Assembly: GCA_030671985.1 (NCBI GenBank)
Contig: DAOVHI010000013.1
Location: 1 to 16,387, forward strand
Reading direction: 5' to 3'
Origin: a bacterium
Lineage (GTDB): Bacteria > JAHJDO01
Length of the DNA: 16,387 nt
Both the position numbers and the translations under genes were made by a program. Position 1 is the first letter of the stretch. Every line of letters starts with the position of its first letter. A model generated the notes under the pieces. The model was not told the origin of the DNA. It searched no databases and saw only the letters and a program-made list of their open reading frames with translations. Of this stretch, positions 16,004 to 16,387 are shown piece after piece.

Positions 16004-16387
16004 TATTTTACTCCTCCCTTCTGTCCAAGATTAAGCAGCGGCAGTATAGAAGACTGCTTCGGGTCAATTATATATTTCTCTTTTGCATCAGGTAAAACCT
16101 CCATCATTGTTTCTAAGTAAAGCCTTTTCTGGGTTATATCCGGTGCCTTCTTGTATTCCGCTAGTACTGTCGAGAATCTCTCTGCTTCTCCTTTTGCCCT
16201 GTTTATTTTATCCAGAGCGTATCCTTCAGCCTCTCGTATTGTTTTCTCAGCCTCGCCTTTAGCACGCGGGATAACCTTGTTATACGCCTGCCGTGCCTGA
16301 TTGATTACCCTCTCTCTTTCCTGCTTCGCCTCATTGACCTCGTTAAATGCAGATTTTACTTCATCAGGAGGATTTACATCCTGAAGT
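16003..16387 (-). CDS. hflK: HflK, C-terminal part (gene start lies beyond the window).
   Basis: Minus-strand translation ends ...DVNPPDEVKSAFNEVNEAKQEREKVINQARQAYNKVIPRAKGEAEKTIREAEGYALDKINRAKGEAERFSTVLAEYKKAPDITQKRLYLETMMEVLPDAKEKYIIDPKQSSILPLLNLGQKGGVK*. This is the characteristic HflK C-terminus. Stop TAA at 16003-16005. Confidence 0.75.
   Translation of the reverse strand, partial: LQDVNPPDEVKSAFNEVNEAKQERERVINQARQAYNKVIPRAKGEAEKTIREAEGYALDKINRAKGEAERFSTVLAEYKKAPDITQKRLYLETMMEVLPDAKEKYIIDPKQSSILPLLNLGQKGGVK

Noticed and set aside
1-16387. CRISPR arrays, IS elements/transposases, integrases or toxin-antitoxin pairs.
   Set aside because: There are no regularly spaced direct repeats, no terminal inverted repeats, and no ORFs with DDE/tyrosine-recombinase signatures. 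The only repeat found is the wzx 5' duplication described above.

Overview
A low-GC (~35%) bacterial-looking window (Shine-Dalgarno sites present, hflK-hflC pair, tRNAs with encoded CCA). Most of it is a densely packed surface-glycan biosynthesis/modification locus. Positions 1-4000 on the + strand hold a 5'-open multi-TM protein, an FAD/NAD(P)-binding oxidoreductase (GxGxxG) and a B12-binding radical SAM protein whose Cys motif is degenerate (CxxxSxxC). A minus-strand multi-TM, GT-C-like membrane protein (4138-5568) sits between two divergent copies of the 5' end of a Wzx-type flippase gene, the first being a ~75 bp pseudogene remnant. A + strand operon of overlapping genes follows (5668-14211). 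It encodes a Wzx/PST flippase, a GT4 glycosyltransferase, a deacetylase-like hypothetical, a FemAB-like acyl/aminoacyl transferase and a Dpm1/GtrB-like GT2 polyprenyl-phosphate-sugar synthase. It also encodes a second B12-radical SAM protein (canonical CxxxCxxC), a second GT2 interrupted by one in-frame TGA, and another multi-TM GT-C-like protein. The 3' end of the window is minus-strand housekeeping: partial hflK, hflC, two tandem tRNA-Ser genes (UGA, GCU), and a small CxxC...CxxC zinc-ribbon protein with RS/RD-rich arms and a lysine-rich tail, preceded by a perfect SD. The standard genetic code is used (TGA is a stop for several genes). Product calls rest on motif-level recognition in the translated ORFs. 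No database search could be run.
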